DNA from: Tubiluchus corallicola
Taxonomy: Eukaryota > Animalia > Priapulida
Direction: 5' to 3'
Assembly (NCBI GenBank): GCA_030141605.1
Contig: JAQGDQ010000387.1
Coordinates: 1 to 64,000, forward strand
DNA: 64,000 nt
Each line of letters begins with the position of its first letter. The stretch's first letter is position 1. Under the pieces are notes generated by a model, which ran no database searches, was not told the DNA's origin, and was given only the letters and a program-made list of their open reading frames with translations. Below are positions 24,036-38,900 of this stretch, piece after piece. A program made the translations under genes and the position numbers.

Positions 24036-26611
24036 AATAACCAATTTCAATTTCTGGGGTTTCATCATTAAATTAACGCATCATATTACTCGACTACAAT
24101 GCATAACACTACTCAAGGGTGATTTTTTTTGCTTACTAATAACCTAAATTTTGCAGTTCAAGCTTGATGCAGTCACGGTAAGCACGTGACAACTGAAAAC
24201 AAACTGTGTGAGCGACAGAACTTTCTCTACCTGGGCTCAGACATGTGCGCATAGTCGCACGCCCACAACAGTCAATCACCGCGTTGCTGGGGCGCACTGT
24301 GCTGGGCTTTGAAGCAAACAGTATTACCCTGATATGCTCTGGTTCCGTAAAAGCATAAAGAAAGAACTAAAGAAAAAAGACTTATTGTACTGAATATTAT
24401 AGATAGTATTGAGCGACAATAGGGGGTGCTGCAGTTCCACAGTATCCATACACGAGCTGCCCCTGAAGTCTGACACAATGGTAACTACCGCCAACTGCAA
24501 TAACATCAGCCAGATGGGTACTTTTTGAAAGAAAAGCACCGAGTGACAAAATCAATGAAAACATTGTTGCAAGACAATTATCACGTGAGCTATTACCTGT
24601 TATTAAAAGCTCCATCAGGAAACTAACACATCATGGCAATAAATGTTTAACCACTGCACAATGGATGATTCTCTAACGAACCCGTTACTTCTTTCCAAGG
24701 CCTTTGTTAAATTGTTAAAAAAGCTTTCCCGCCTACAGAAATCGATGGGCAAAAAACATAGCTCTTACTCCTATATACCATAACCACGTTTCATAGAGAA
24801 GCAGGTAAGGAGCATAGTGTTACATGCCGGCGTTCCAAAAGCTAATTAAACGTAAGAAACGAATGGCGAATAAAATTTAACGAGGTCGCAGCAGCAGGTA
24901 TAACATAAGGTAAAGTGAAACCCTGTGATAAACAAATAGATCGTCTTACTAGCAATCTCGGCGAATTTAGAAGCACCAAGTCTCGCACTTTTCTATCTGC
25001 TCTTGAAAATAAAAACAAATTTCTTTATCCAACTATCCAGTAAACAACTCAAGTATCGAAATTATTTAATACTGTACAATATAATCAAAAATTATTAAAT
25101 TCACTCTATTTAAAGATTTAAGTTTCACTTATTGCCATCACTGCCTTTTCAACCAGAGGGATGTTGGTTCAAATACAGGCTCAGTCCCAACTTTTTACAC
25201 TTCTTTGTCATCAAACTTGATTTCAAAAAATCAATAAATCTAGATGTGTTCCATCAGTATATTACTACCTGCTTCATATAATTTTTTTCTTACTTCAGAC
25301 TTCACTTCTCTGCAGTTTTTCATAATTCTCTGTTAGAAAGTTTGGGCTGCTTAATTGTATTTTTAGTTCCTCAGCTGAACAGTAGGACAAAGAGGATCCT
25401 GCAAGAATTACTAACAACACGCTGTCAAAACCACGGCTTGCCGTTGCCGCTACAACAGTTTTCAACTTTTCCTTTGTCTGCCTTGAACTCTTTTCTTTTT
25501 CTTACCAAAACTAATCAATAATTTCATTAAATAACATGGCTTCTTTTAAAATAAAACCACAGTGGGTAGTGGCTTCATCAGCAGGGACTGATAATGAATT
25601 ATTTGTCAGTTAATCATCTTAACGATAGAAAGAAACAGTTTGATGCGTTAAATAATAAAAACAAGGTGTTTTCTGTAATTGTTTCGTTCAAATTTTCATC
25701 TAAATTGCGTTTTCAAGCCCCGGATTATTTTTTCGCAACCGTGAAAACGTCTGGCTTCAGTCAAACTAAGCAAACGTTTAGCAAAGCTAAAATTAGTCCA
25801 TAAACAGGCCTGTAGTATCATTTTGAGAAATCTGCTCAAAAAAACAGAAATGAAGCCGAGCATGACTACAAACCGACTTGAAATATGACAGGAGTACACG
25901 AACATAAACAATCCGACAAAAAAACCTCAAGTTGGCACCAGTAACTTAACAAAATTCGCCATTCTAAGGCAGACCAAAAATCTAAAAACCTAAACCTCAA
26001 CACAACAGGAATATTACACAAAATATCTTTGACCTGTGACCTGGTACAGCTAATGCCGAAATGCCTAGGCTGTGTTACTCTTCTGTTATAAAGTTAATCT
26101 TTGACTTTGGTACCAATATCCAAGCAATAGAAATCAACCTACTCATGACTGGTACACAAACTACTTGTGTGGTAATGAGGAAAAAAAGAATTTCTGAGTT
26201 CTGGAATGACAGAAAACAAAATGCCGAACATGGAGTTAATAGCATTTAACAAACTATCAGTTTTTAAGGTACAGAGAAAGATGCCAAAACCAAAGCTAAA
26301 AAGATACTACTGTCATCACTGTATGAGCAGCAAATCTTAATAATCAAAGCCAATTTTTCATAATTTCCCTGACATAAAGAACTTCCGTTCATTAAGCAGT
26401 AATAACATTTACTACACTATTGGTTCAGTGGCTCCCAAAGCTCACTTGGTGCTTATTACCAGACGTGTCTGTCTGCGTTTCATCGCTGTTCCTTTGAGGG
26501 CTACAATCTGATTTCAACCAAGTTGCACAGTAGGCGGGGTCTGACTCAAGTTGTGCAGCAAAATTTGTGTTGCCATGGTAAAGATGGATGCGTGCAACGT
26601 TCAACAAACTT

Positions 26612-27035
26612 CTAAAACTGCTACTTTTCTAGATTTAAAACAGCCACTTTTTTGGATTTAAAACTGCTATCTTTCTGGATTTAAATCTGCTACTTTTCAG
26701 GATTTAAAACTGCTACTTTTCAGGATTTAAAACTGCTACTTTTCTGGATTTAAATCTGCTACTTTTTTGGATTTAAAACTGCTATCTTTCTGGATTTAAA
26801 TCTGCTACTTTTTTGGATTTAAAACTGCTATCTTTCTGGATTTAAATCTGCTACTTTTTTGGATTTAAAACTGCTATCTTTCTGGATTTAAATCTGCTAC
26901 TTTTTTGGATTTAAAACTGCTATCTTTCTGGATTTAAATCTGCTATTTTTCTGGATTTATATCAGCGATTTTTCTGGATTTAAATCTGCTACTTTTCTGG
27001 ATTTAAATCTGCTACTTTTCAGGATTTAAAACTGT
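26612..27035. repeat. 23-bp minisatellite (GGATTTAAA[A/T]CTGCTACTTTTTT), about 18 units, partly an alternating dimer
   Basis: Unit spacing 26769/26792/26815. Confidence 0.9.
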
Positions 27036-27924
27036 TGAAGTACTGGAGACGAAACTCGGTACTCTGGTACGTCGGATAACTATCTAAAAGATGTCAGAGA
27101 CAAAGTTTGCCATTTTGTAATATGGCAGCCATTATGACATCATCAGATCTGCCCTAGTCACTGAACCACTAGTCTTCAACTTCATCAAAAGTGTTTTTAG
27201 AGCTCAAACACATCTCCCATTCTTTATAAGCAATGGTTAATTGAACTTTCTACTAAATTTTTAAATCAACTGTCTTAACTAAGGCCAAGGTTTCCCCTAT
27301 TGCTCGTTTTTCCTTGGAAGGCACCTGGAAAAAGTTCACGCCCAAGTTAATCAATTCTGTTCTAATATTCATAGAATAAACAAGATAGTTAAGCAGGACC
27401 ACTCTGCAACAATAAGCAATTTACACGCATGCTGACGCAAGCTGCCACCACGCGTGGCAGCAAACACTGCAATAATTACATTGCAGATTAAAATTTAAAA
27501 CAATCTATATTCATGTTTTTTGCAAGACACGCACTGGCCCGGCCAGTGGAAAGTATTAAATTATCAAACTTTAAGCACGTCGATACCAGCAGTTGAAAAA
27601 GACTATCTGTGGTTGCATCTTTGAAAGATTGATCAATCGAAGGCATTTGTGCAAACATCAAAATACATCAGCCTACAGGAGGCCATTAACTCATCAAAAG
27701 TTTCGGAAAATGCAAAAATTTTGTCAAAGCTAAACGATAAAATTCAGGCGATTGACAAAGATGTAGGTGCCGCTTACAATCCATAGAAAAAATTTACAGG
27801 TGATACAGAGATGAAAATTGTGCATAAATGAAGCCTGTGCAATAAAATGTGCCGCCCATCATTATGTGCAATGTAACAGAAAGGGAAAGATATTTGTTAA
27901 ACCCCAATTTGTTAAAAATATTTG

Positions 27925-28404
27925 GAAGCACAAAAAACACTCTTCATAAATAAAACTTCGTCTCGAATTCGCTTTGTATCACTTAACACTGTCTTATTGC
28001 AAACAGGGCTAGCATTAGCAGTAACGGTGAATAAAACTAGTAAATTCAAACTCTCGCGATGACAGTCAAGGCCAGCCACATTAATAGGAAGTTATAGGAA
28101 ACAAGTTTAGATAACATTGCATAAAGTTCGAAAAAACAATCCCAGCATTTGTAGAACGTTCTTCACTAAGAACGAATCACTTTATATTGTCAATAAGATT
28201 AGTAATGTGTTTTCTGGGTGAGTCAGTGGTGCATGCTGGGATGGCGACACAGTGCAGTTTTACCAAGTGTTTAACGGAACTTTAAATTAAGAATGTCCTT
28301 TTTCGATTGCATAAGTCTTTCAAGCAGGTAAGGGTATTGAAGAGTAACATAACTTTGCATGGAAAGTTCTTTGTACTGTACTTCAAACTTCCCTTTTCTT
28401 CCCC
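27925..28404 (+). mobile_element. Dispersed Kolobok-like element, copy 2
   Basis: Same internal blocks as copy 1; ends CCCTTTTCTTCCCC-TTAA. Confidence 0.55.
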
Positions 28405-28856
28405 TTAAAATACAAACAATTTGTCAGATAATATAAACTCACTCCCCCAATCATCACTGCCAGGCCAGATGGCTGATACCTCAATTAAACATGTTTCATT
28501 AAACAAAAAGTGGTGGAATTTAATAGTTGAAAGTAGATCATTTCAGAATTATGCATACAATGTAATGATTGCATCATTGGAATGTGAGTGAAGTTTTCGT
28601 TGACATTTTCTTCCCTTACTGCACAGATTTTTGGAATAAATCAAAATTATGTCGATCGGCATCGCAAAAACTAATGTAGAACTGAAACAGGACTAACAGT
28701 AATCCAACTGAATTCAGCTGATTACGGAATTATTTTGTTATTGGAATCATTCCGAATTAAGTCCCTACATTTCTGCTCAGTTTAGCTGATTAGTTGAGCG
28801 TAACAAGAAATTTGCTTGATAGTTATAAAATCAAGAAATATTCTTATGTTGTCATG

Positions 28857-29250
28857 AGCAAGCATACGATCAAGACATTTCCTATCTTCAATAGAAAGTG
28901 AAGCAAGCATACTTTCAAGATATTTTCAATCTACCAAGAGACAGTGGAGCAAGCATACATTCAAGATGTTTTAAATTTTCAAGAGAAAGTGCAGCAAGCA
29001 TACATTCAAGATATTTTCAATCTTCAAAAGAACATGCAGCAAGCATACATTCAAGATATTTTCAATCTTCAAGAGAAAAAAGAGCAAACATACATTCAAG
29101 ATATTTTCAATCTTCATGAAAAAGTGCAGCAAGCATACATTCAAGATATTTTCAATCTTCAAGAGAAAGTGCAGCAAGCATACATTCAATATATTTTCAA
29201 TTTTTAAGAGAAAGTGCAGCAAGCATACATTTGAGATACTTTCCATCTAG
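28857..29250. repeat. 45-bp minisatellite (GCAAGCATACATTCAAGATATTTTCAATCTTCAAGAGAAAGTGCA), about 9 units
   Basis: Directly visible; gives the 15-aa periodicity seen in the ORF track. Confidence 0.9.
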
Positions 29251-29404
29251 CAAGAGGGTAGTTCGAAAACGAGTTACTATTAAAGCCATACAGTTGTGTA
29301 CATAAAACGTATAAGATAAAACGCATTAGCAATAGGGAACACGCTCATAAATCTGAGTGGAATCCTATAAAATCAATACTAAATTAGAGCCTGAAATTTT
29401 TTAC

Positions 29405-29478
29405 ATCTCCACTAGGACTTGAACTCAAGGCCTTCTGCTTACCAAGCAACTATGCTAACTGAAACATCACAGAGACAC
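29405..29478 (-). mobile_element. Degenerate tRNA-derived SINE head
   Basis: The minus strand reads GTCTCTGTGATGTTTCAGTTAGCAT...GAGTTCAAGTCCTAGTGGAG, with a B-box-like GTTCAAGTCC. Confidence 0.35.
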
Positions 29479-29780
29479 ACTCACTTTTAAGGCTTAGACG
29501 TGTACTCTATAAACTCAACGGGGAATCACAGCCCACAATGTATCACGACACAGTACACGATTAATACATGCATGAAAGCAATACTAAGTTAGAAGGTGTG
29601 AAAAACTTTTGCACCTCCACTTTAACTTAAAGTATTGCTTAATGCTGTGACAAATGACAAACAGCTACAGCATACTCCCTGGATTTAGCAGCTGAGTAAT
29701 TTAGTATTTGAGTTTAGACAAGATTACACACAAATGCTACAATGTACACACAAACACGTCGCAGCTAAATAAACACAGAT

Positions 29781-29945
29781 CTAAGGATTTATCGAATGTG
29801 TCGTCGACGGTAACAGCCGATCAGTTTCGCTCATCGTGCCTGGTAATTTCATCGAGCTCTCTGCCGGTGCCGTCTCGTTCCCAAGAACTTCTTCCACGGC
29901 TTCTATTTGCCGACGCTGACGTTTGCTTTGGTTCAAGACGCCACC
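29781..29945 (-). CDS. MFSD1: MFSD1-like exon 13 (terminal)
   Basis: TAG acceptor, phase 0; GGVLNQSKRQRR...MSETDRLLPSTTHSINP*. Confidence 0.85.
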   Translation of the reverse strand, partial: GGVLNQSKRQRRQIEAVEEVLGNETAPAESSMKLPGTMSETDRLLPSTTHSINP

Positions 29946-32900
29946 CTAAAAGCCATGTCAATTTAGATTTATCGAATGTACTTCATAAATTTGCTACACT
30001 GCACATGTACTATACAGTGGTAATTATGTGGAAATGTATACAAATGGAACTATGACAAAATTCAAACGACCTATATTAGATAATACGTAGGGATAAGTCT
30101 AAAGTATACAGTCTTATGCAACTTAGAAAAACACTTCAAAATCTTTTTTATACAGATTGCCCGAGGCAAGGCCAATGGTCACTCATGGTGACAATGTGGG
30201 TAAGAAGCTGTGGCCATGAAGATGTGAATAAACGTCCAGAAAACGGAACTCTTGCGATTGACTTGCTAACGATAGAAAGTATCTGCTGACATTCTTCTTG
30301 AATCGAGCGAGATTGTACTATTTGGGGATACACTTTCTGGTACTAAATTCCTCATGTAAGAAGCCAGGAGGAAAAAAATGTTTATTCATAATTAACTATC
30401 TGTAAATAATACAGATTAAAGTAACTAGCTGTTTATTAACATGAGCATTACAGACTGTTGACTCGCAATGAGAAATCTATTTGTCTCACATTTTTAAACG
30501 ATTTCAACTACAGTAGGTACAGTTTATTAGATTCATGGTTAATGGATTCAATCGCTTGACTCAAAAACTCCTGGTACGGGCCGCTTCTATTCAAATGTAC
30601 ATAAAAACCGTCGGCAATTGACTCAAATAACTCTGCATAATTGACTCAATATTTTTCCTTCACGTACTTAAAATAAGGCTCTTGCGAAGGCAGGAAGTAG
30701 ATCCTTGGGAAAAACCTGCATACAGCAACAGATTTTCAAAGTTTTTATTTCATAAATCAATGAGAAGCAATGAAACAACTGAACTTGCTCAAATTTTTGT
30801 AATTTTTAGTGGTAACGATCAGATTTGTGTGATTTTTTTAATTTTCTTTTTTTATTGATTCACTTATATAAATTAGCATTCTTAAATAATTGCACATATA
30901 GGAACTTTGACATTACTTTGTTTCTAAAATTCATTTAAATCATTTGCAATGCATAATAAGGTGATTTGTGATGACTCACACTTCTACAGTAGTAATATGC
31001 TACACTCGTCAGCTAATCGGATCAGTCGGTTAACTGGATGAGAACACTTCCATCCCAAAGTGAATCTATTAAGCGGCACCTTCTGTAGTTGAATTTAATG
31101 GCTTTTCTAACGTTGAATCCATAAAAAAGGATAGTGCTAAGATGTCTAAATCTCATTGCTTATTGCTGTACATTGCAAGAACTTTTACGACATTACCAAT
31201 TAATGACCAATTAAGCAACAAGAAGTAATATGAAAACTGTCCTGCTTCCTTTAACATTCCTAGCCAGGTAGTGGACAGATCTCAATAATAACAACAGAAT
31301 GGCAAAAGTATATATATATATATATATAATATATAATCTTTTTTAGATAATAATAATATAGTAATAGATAAGCTATAAAGTTTTGGGCCACCACAAACAG
31401 CACTTACGTGTTTCTTGTCGTACAAATTTAGTAAACTCGTCGTTGTGACACATGCCACCGTATTTGCTAGTAGAAATATCATCACATATTTCCATCGTCT
31501 TAACGTCTCGTCTACTGGCAAACTGAAATGTGTGTGCAAAGAGAATAACTAACCACTAAAATATAATACTTTTACATCTAATGGAACTTCTGCAAGTTTT
31601 CAACTTAGCACTTTGTCAAGTCGAACCAAAACAACTCACTTTGGGCAGCAATTAAGAGGATCTTAACAACATCCATCATTGTTTGGTATGGTGCTACCAC
31701 GTAGGGAGATTGTTCTACTTTTGAATAACACGTAGGGAGATTGTTCTACTTTTGAATAACACGTAGGGAGATTGTTCTACTTTTGAATAATATGTAGGGA
31801 GATTGTTCTACTTTTGAATAACACGTAGGGAGATTGTTCTACTTTTGAATAATATGTAGGGAGATTGCTCTACTTTTGAATAATACGTATGGATATTGCT
31901 CTACTTTTGAATAACACGTAGGGAGATTGCTCTACTTTTGAATAATATGTAGGGAGATTGTTCTACTTTTGAATAATATGTAGGGAGATTGTTCTACTTT
32001 TGAATAATATGTAGGGAGATTGTTCTACTTTTGAATAACACGTAGGGAGATTGTTCTACTTTTGAATAAAACATAGGGAGATTGTTCTACTTTTGAATAA
32101 TATGTAGGGAGATTGTTCTACTTTTGAATAACACGTAGGGAGATTGCTCTACTTTTGAATAATATGTAGGGAGATTGTTCTACTTTCGAATAACACGTAG
32201 GGAGATTGCTCTACTTTTGAATAATATGTAGGGAGATTGTTCTACTTTTGAATAACACGTAGGGAGATTGCTCTACTTTTGAATAATATGTAAGGAGATT
32301 GTTCTACTTTTGAATAACACGTAGGGAGATTGCTCTACTTTTGAATAATATGTAAGGAGATTGCTCTACTTTTGAATAATACATAGGGAGATTGTTCTAC
32401 TTTTGAATAACACGTAGGGAGATTGTTCTACTTTTGAATAACACGTAGGGAGATTGTTCTACTTTTGAATAATATGTAGGGAGATTGTTCTACTTTTGAA
32501 TAACACATAGGGAGATTGTTCTACTTTTGAATAACACGTAGGGAGATTGTTCTACTTTTGAATAACACGTAGGGAGATTGTTCTACTTTTGAATAATATG
32601 TAAGGAGATTGCTCTACTTTTGAATAATACATAGGGAGATTGTTCTACTTTTGAATAACACGTAGGGAGATTGTTCTACTTTTGAATAATATGTAGGGAG
32701 ATTGTTCTACTTTTGAATAATACGTATGGATATTGCTCTACTTTTGAATAACACGTAGGGAGATTGCTCTACTTTTGAATAATATGTAGGGAGATTGTTC
32801 TACTTTTGAATAACACGTAGGGAGATTGCTCTACTTTTGAATAATATGTAGGGAGATTGTTCTACTTTCGAATAACACGTAGGGAGATTGCTCTACTTTT

Positions 32901-35900
32901 GAATAATATGTAGGGAGATTGTTCTACTTTTGAATAACACGTAGGGAGATTGTTCTACTTTTGAATAATATGTAGGGAGATTGCTCTACTTTTGAATAAT
33001 ACATAGGGAGATTGCTCTACTTTTGAATAACACGTAGGGAGATTGTTCTACTTTTGAATAATATGTAGGGAGATTGTTCTACTTTTGAATAACACGTAGG
33101 GAGATTGTTCTACTTTTGAATAATATGTAGGGAGATTGTTCTACTTTCGAATAACACGTAGGGAGATTGCTCTACTTTTGAATAATATGTAGGGAGATTG
33201 TTCTACTTTTGAATAACACGTAGGGAGATTGTTCTACTTTTGAAAAACAGGTAGGGAGATTGTTCTACTTGTGAATAACACGTAGGGAAATTGTTATACT
33301 TTTGAATAACACGTAGGGAGGTTGTTCTACTTTTGAATAAGTTGCTAAATCTGCTTGAAAAATGATACGAATTGAACAACAACCTATAACATGTTTGTAC
33401 GAAATCCGAATACGAAGACAGCGGAAACGTCATATAGGTATAAATTCTTCGAATGCTCCCCTTTGGTCATGGATACTGTTTCAATTAACGCTAAAACCAG
33501 GAGGGCTTTTTAATTCTTTCTATCCTGTTGCAGTTCACACTATCAATAGTAAATTTTGCAATATTCTTAGTATCACTGTCTATAGTTTGTTAGCACTTTA
33601 TTCAACAACCGAGTGAATTGATTTATGCTAATGTTTTTATTGCAGTATGTAAAACCACATAAATCTCATTATATGCCATTCACAGCGAAGCATAAACTTT
33701 ACAATAATGTAATGACAAATGAATTACTTATAATACATTAAAAATACGAATTTTCTGACATCCTTTTCAAGTACAATTACTGTTCATACGAGTGGAAGTA
33801 ATTTCCATATGAAATCAATTAGATAGATAAACAGTGGTAACTACATCGTAAAAAATTGTCTGGTTTCGAGTAAACACTTTTGAATATTTTTAAACAATTT
33901 TTTATAATTTACGGCACGTGTAATTTCCTCGGTGAGTACAAACTCGCAATAGCTTCAAGTAACACGTAAAGCAGAGTTCACACTTGAGTGTTTACTCTCA
34001 GAGAGAAAACTTGCATCAAGTGACATGTAAAGCAGAGTTCACACTTGAGTGTTTACTCTCAGAGAGAAAACTTGCATCAAGTAACACGTAAAGCAGAGTT
34101 CACACTTGAGTGTTTACTCTCAGAGAGAAAACTTGCATCAAGTAACACGTAAAGCAGTTCACACTTGAGTGTTTACTCTCAGAGAGAAAACTTGCATCAA
34201 GTAACATATAAAGCAGAGTTCACACTTGCATGTTAACTCTTAGAGAGAAAACTTTCACCAGAAAAATCGCTAGTCTCGACGAGCTGCTACAGTTTGCAAT
34301 GACAATGACAAAAGATTCTGCTCTAACATTAGCAAATGGTAGCAAAAGACGTGAGTGCTTACTTAGATATTTGTTAATTCATTTATTCTGAAAATTCGAT
34401 TCCCCCTTCCAGAAGCGTAAACAAAAATGCCTGATTTACTTATGTGTAACCAAGAAACAAGAAATCAAAGAATACATGCAGTGTTGGTGCCCATTGAAAT
34501 CAGGTGGCTTTCTGTGAAAATGTATGAAAGTTCTCAAGCAATGGCAAAACCTGAAAACACCAGAATACTAAAGTAATATTGCAGTATGCTACTAAAAGCT
34601 CATTCTATACTTACTCAGAATTCTTGCCCAAAATGGCTCCCACAATCATATTTGACAGGCCAATACCTATCATCTGTATGGAAGTGGTTAAACCCATGGC
34701 AGTACCTACAGTAGCTTGACTAACTACGAGAGGTATAGAGGGCCACATGCTTGCCTAGAAACAAAAATCGCCATTGTTACAGAAAACGAGCACAGAGATG
34801 TATCAACATAACTTGATACGCTTAATAATCTATACCTGTTAACGAGGAATAAGTTTTCGGCACATAAATACTCACTCGCTCATATCACTTTTAGGACTAC
34901 CCACATTATTGGCACCCCATATAATTAACTCATTAATAACTGGGGTCGAATTATTCGGGCTTTTGCGCTGCATTGCGAGTTTTTGTATAATATGGTTTGG
35001 AACGTTACTACCATGCATTTAGGACATGACACAGAGTCTGCTAGTAGTGTGTATTTAAAACCTATCTGACGGCACATGCCATCATAAGAAAACAAATGCA
35101 GAAATGTAAGAAGTGTATCTAAGATAGCTTGTAGAGTCCGTATATCGTTATAGGTAACGTAGGTAAGTTTTAAAGTCACGTGACAGAGTTTGTCTGATCA
35201 CCAAAGGCAAAATATCAAAATGTAAAAAAAGAACAAATTATGTGGTAGGAAAAACAGTGTTACGCAAATTAATACTATATTTCGTCACTATGATATCATA
35301 TATTTTTGAAGTTTTTTCTTTGAAGTTTTTATTATTATCACATTTAGTGCAATGCCATTCAATACATGGTGGCATCAAAACTGTTACTTCATAGTGTAGT
35401 AAATTATTATGTTTCATACACTATCATTATCATAAAAGAATAATTGTACTGCAGTGGGAGTCTAAGCAGAAGTCTAAGGTCATTTTGCACAAAATAATAA
35501 GTTATTCAAAGCATCTAACATGAAAATCTTGAGCTTATCATCATAACATGCAGCATCAATCCAATTTATGTGTATAAGTTAACTGCGCACAATTTCAGCC
35601 TTAACACTAACTACATTTCACTGTGCTTTTGCTCAGCATTTTTCAGTACATCACCATATTCTACTGCACTCTTTGTTCTGGAACACCAAGGCGAAGCTAG
35701 ATCTTATGGCACCTGGGGCAACATATGAGTTTGACGCGCCCTCGATAAAAAATGTTACGTAGCAACATCTTCGTGTATTGTGCACGAAGAGAGGTTTGTA
35801 AAAGTTTGCGGTGTTATGATACAGTTGCAATAAGTTGGGCCCACAATAAAAATTCTTCTGTTTCCCGTATAATCACCCGAGAAATATTTTTTATCGCACA

Positions 35901-38900
35901 CCCAGCTGGGTTATAATTTTTTTCGATCATAAACTTACTTGACGCAGTCATATAAACGCGTATTTTTTAATTTAAGAACGAGTCCGCGAGAGCACCATGC
36001 AGGGGGTGGCACATGAGGGGTGACGAATTTATATCATTTTTTTCTAACATGAAGGGCGACCCCCCAAAACCATGTAACCAAGATATCAAATCGATCGAGC
36101 TACTATTAGCAGAGAAATGACCACATCAAGAAATTGACCTCAAAAGAGGCAAAAAAATCGCTATTCTGGGGGGTTATTTTAACTTTTTCTCCTGTATAAA
36201 CTATTATAGATGGGTCGATGTAAGTTGGCTGGTAAATAGACCCAGACATTGTCTTCTGATATCCTAACTTTTTCTGACATACTATTAATAGTATCAGAGA
36301 ACGGGATTTTTCAAATTCGGCTCTTTGTTAAGAGTCCAGGGAGAGGTTAAGTTGTAAGGCTCATAACTCGTCCACTGCGGGGCTACAGAACTTCTGGTTT
36401 TCATGCATGTGTTAACCATCATCCTCACTAATAATATAAAAAAGAAAATTCGCTGGAGCCTGTTTCAGTATTTAGTACTGGCACTTTAAAATTTCACAAA
36501 AATCAGCAAAATTTGCCTTTTTTTTAGTTTTTCAATATTTTTTCTATCTATGTGCTGGATTATAAGTGACAAATCTGTATTCTAAATTTCATGAAAATGC
36601 ACGAGCTGAGATAATATCATGAATGACATTATATAGAGGGGGCACTGTTACAAAAAATTACCATATCAACACACTTTTTTACTTTCCATAGTAATTCCGT
36701 CCATGTGTAAAAAGTAGACATACTTGGCTCAGGTCGTTATATGACAGTAGACATTTAGCCACGTTTAACCTGCATTTTCTGTGACTAGTGCTCTCCATTC
36801 CTAGTAGCAATAGATTCCTTTGCCATGGAAATTACTAGAAATTTGCGAATTTCATCTTAAATTGGTTTAGTTATGTCGGAATTTTCATATGACTACAAAT
36901 ATGAATAATTGCCTCTTCTGATGGATTTCTGGACAGGAAATCATGCATGCCCCTAGTACCGAGTCCGGCTCTGATTCAGGGCATTCTCTACACACTGAAT
37001 CACTAGCGGATACCAGGAAAGACTAAACAATAAGCCCTCTAATAGAAAAGAAGTACCGATTGTTAAGATTGAGAGTCATTGCTAGCGAAAGAATCTGACA
37101 ACACTTGGTATATATATATAAAATAGAAATCCGTTCATTTTTATACATCCGTTCATTTTTTATACTTTTTATATGAATAAGCTTCATGGCTATACATAGA
37201 AGATTATGAATATCAGTACAAAAATGAAAAACTACAAAACTCAGAGAGAATTAATTTCCCTAAGTCCAAAATACTGTTCCTATTGTAGCAGCATAATCCT
37301 ATCACTGAAAAGTAGTACAAGTAATCAAAACCATAATATCTAAATAATAGAGAAAGAATTGTCGAAGCAGGTAGATTATCCCTAGAAGATAGATACAGAA
37401 ATATAGACAAATATATCATGGGGAAAGTGATAAAGCGAAAATCTTACAGTCAAAACATGAGACAATATACGCGTATGGGCCGCTTCTAGGGGGATGGCGG
37501 TGATATTTAGCTCAGAAAATTGTTCTTCGCCCAAAATTTATTTGCGGCACAAAATCGATACTTCTGACAAAAAATACAAATAGTGTGATTGAATGATTGC
37601 GCTAAAGGCACAAAAATTTTCGATGTTTTACAGTCAAAAAATCACCGGACACATGATATTTTGGGGGAAGTCTGTCCCATATTTTTTGGGCATTCGCTCA
37701 GATTTAGGGCAATTATCTTTGTGTCCTGGCTTGTACGCCTATGTAAGACAATGAATAATAACTAGGTAATAACTTGTACATAACATTTACAAAGCATAGA
37801 AAATAAACAGTACATAAAACATTTTCCAGTCCTTGCAAGAAGCAATTTCCATTCCGTAGATATTTCATTTGTTTGAAGATGGAAGCGTTCTAAATGCAGT
37901 CCAGGGTCTTTAATACAGGCTAATAGATTCACAATATTCGTTTCGTGCGGATAACGAGCCACAATACCGCATTTAACGCTGGTAAACAGCCCAGAAAACG
38001 AACATTTTAGTTCAGCAGTGGCCGCCATCTTAAATGATGGCGTCCAATCCTGTCGGTAGTTTAACCAATGTGCTGGCCAGTCCCCTAGTTGCCGAAGATG
38101 AATATTTATGACGTTTTGAAGTATTTTGACAAGATATGACAACTCATGTTTACCTACACGAAGCTTTTTGTTGAACGTTGTTACCCATATTTTCACCCTG
38201 ATATATGCCATCTTCAGGTGTCATTTACAATAGGATGGAAATTCGCTCCATCGAAATTGCCACTGCAGCCTAGTGGGATGGGATGCTCTATTCACATACA
38301 TATCGATATTTTTGTTCCCGCTCCCGCAGTGGGTGAGATATAAGACTTTAAAATGACTGAGTATTTGCATCTGCTGCGTAATGTGAGCTTAAAGACCCCC
38401 AGTAGAGCCGAAAGAGGGAGGTTTGGGACAAAAGTAAAAAAGTCATTTTGGAGAAGATAACAAGATACAATACTATGCCGAGTCAGATCTATTCAAACTC
38501 AGTGGTTGCTGCATGGCTAATCCTTCAAATATAGGCAAAAAATAGAGAAAAATAGGTACTTTTTTCATGAAAATCGGCCTATGCTGTACCTTTGCTACCA
38601 TGAGGAGTTGGACCAAACGGATTCACATAGTGAATGCTAGTGACTAGTGGACCTCATACCCGAACTTTGGTCCGAATCGGTTACCTAGCCTTGTGCCGGA
38701 ATTTTTCGATTTTGCATGGTCTTCTCGCGGACGCGTTCTTAAAATGTAAAATGCAATAATTATTATAACATCGTTCTTTCGAAGAAAAAATAACAAAACA
38801 GTGCTAAAAAATTTATTTATGACAAAGTAAATTATCCCTGTTATGTCCCAGAAATGCTACTATGATAATTATGCAATGTACTTGACAGTTAACTCAACAC

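Noticed and set aside
24770-25005. Two minus-strand segments with acceptor- and GTAAGA donor-like ends
   Set aside because: Joining them gives an in-frame stop and no recognisable protein; they could be non-coding exons but this is unsupported.
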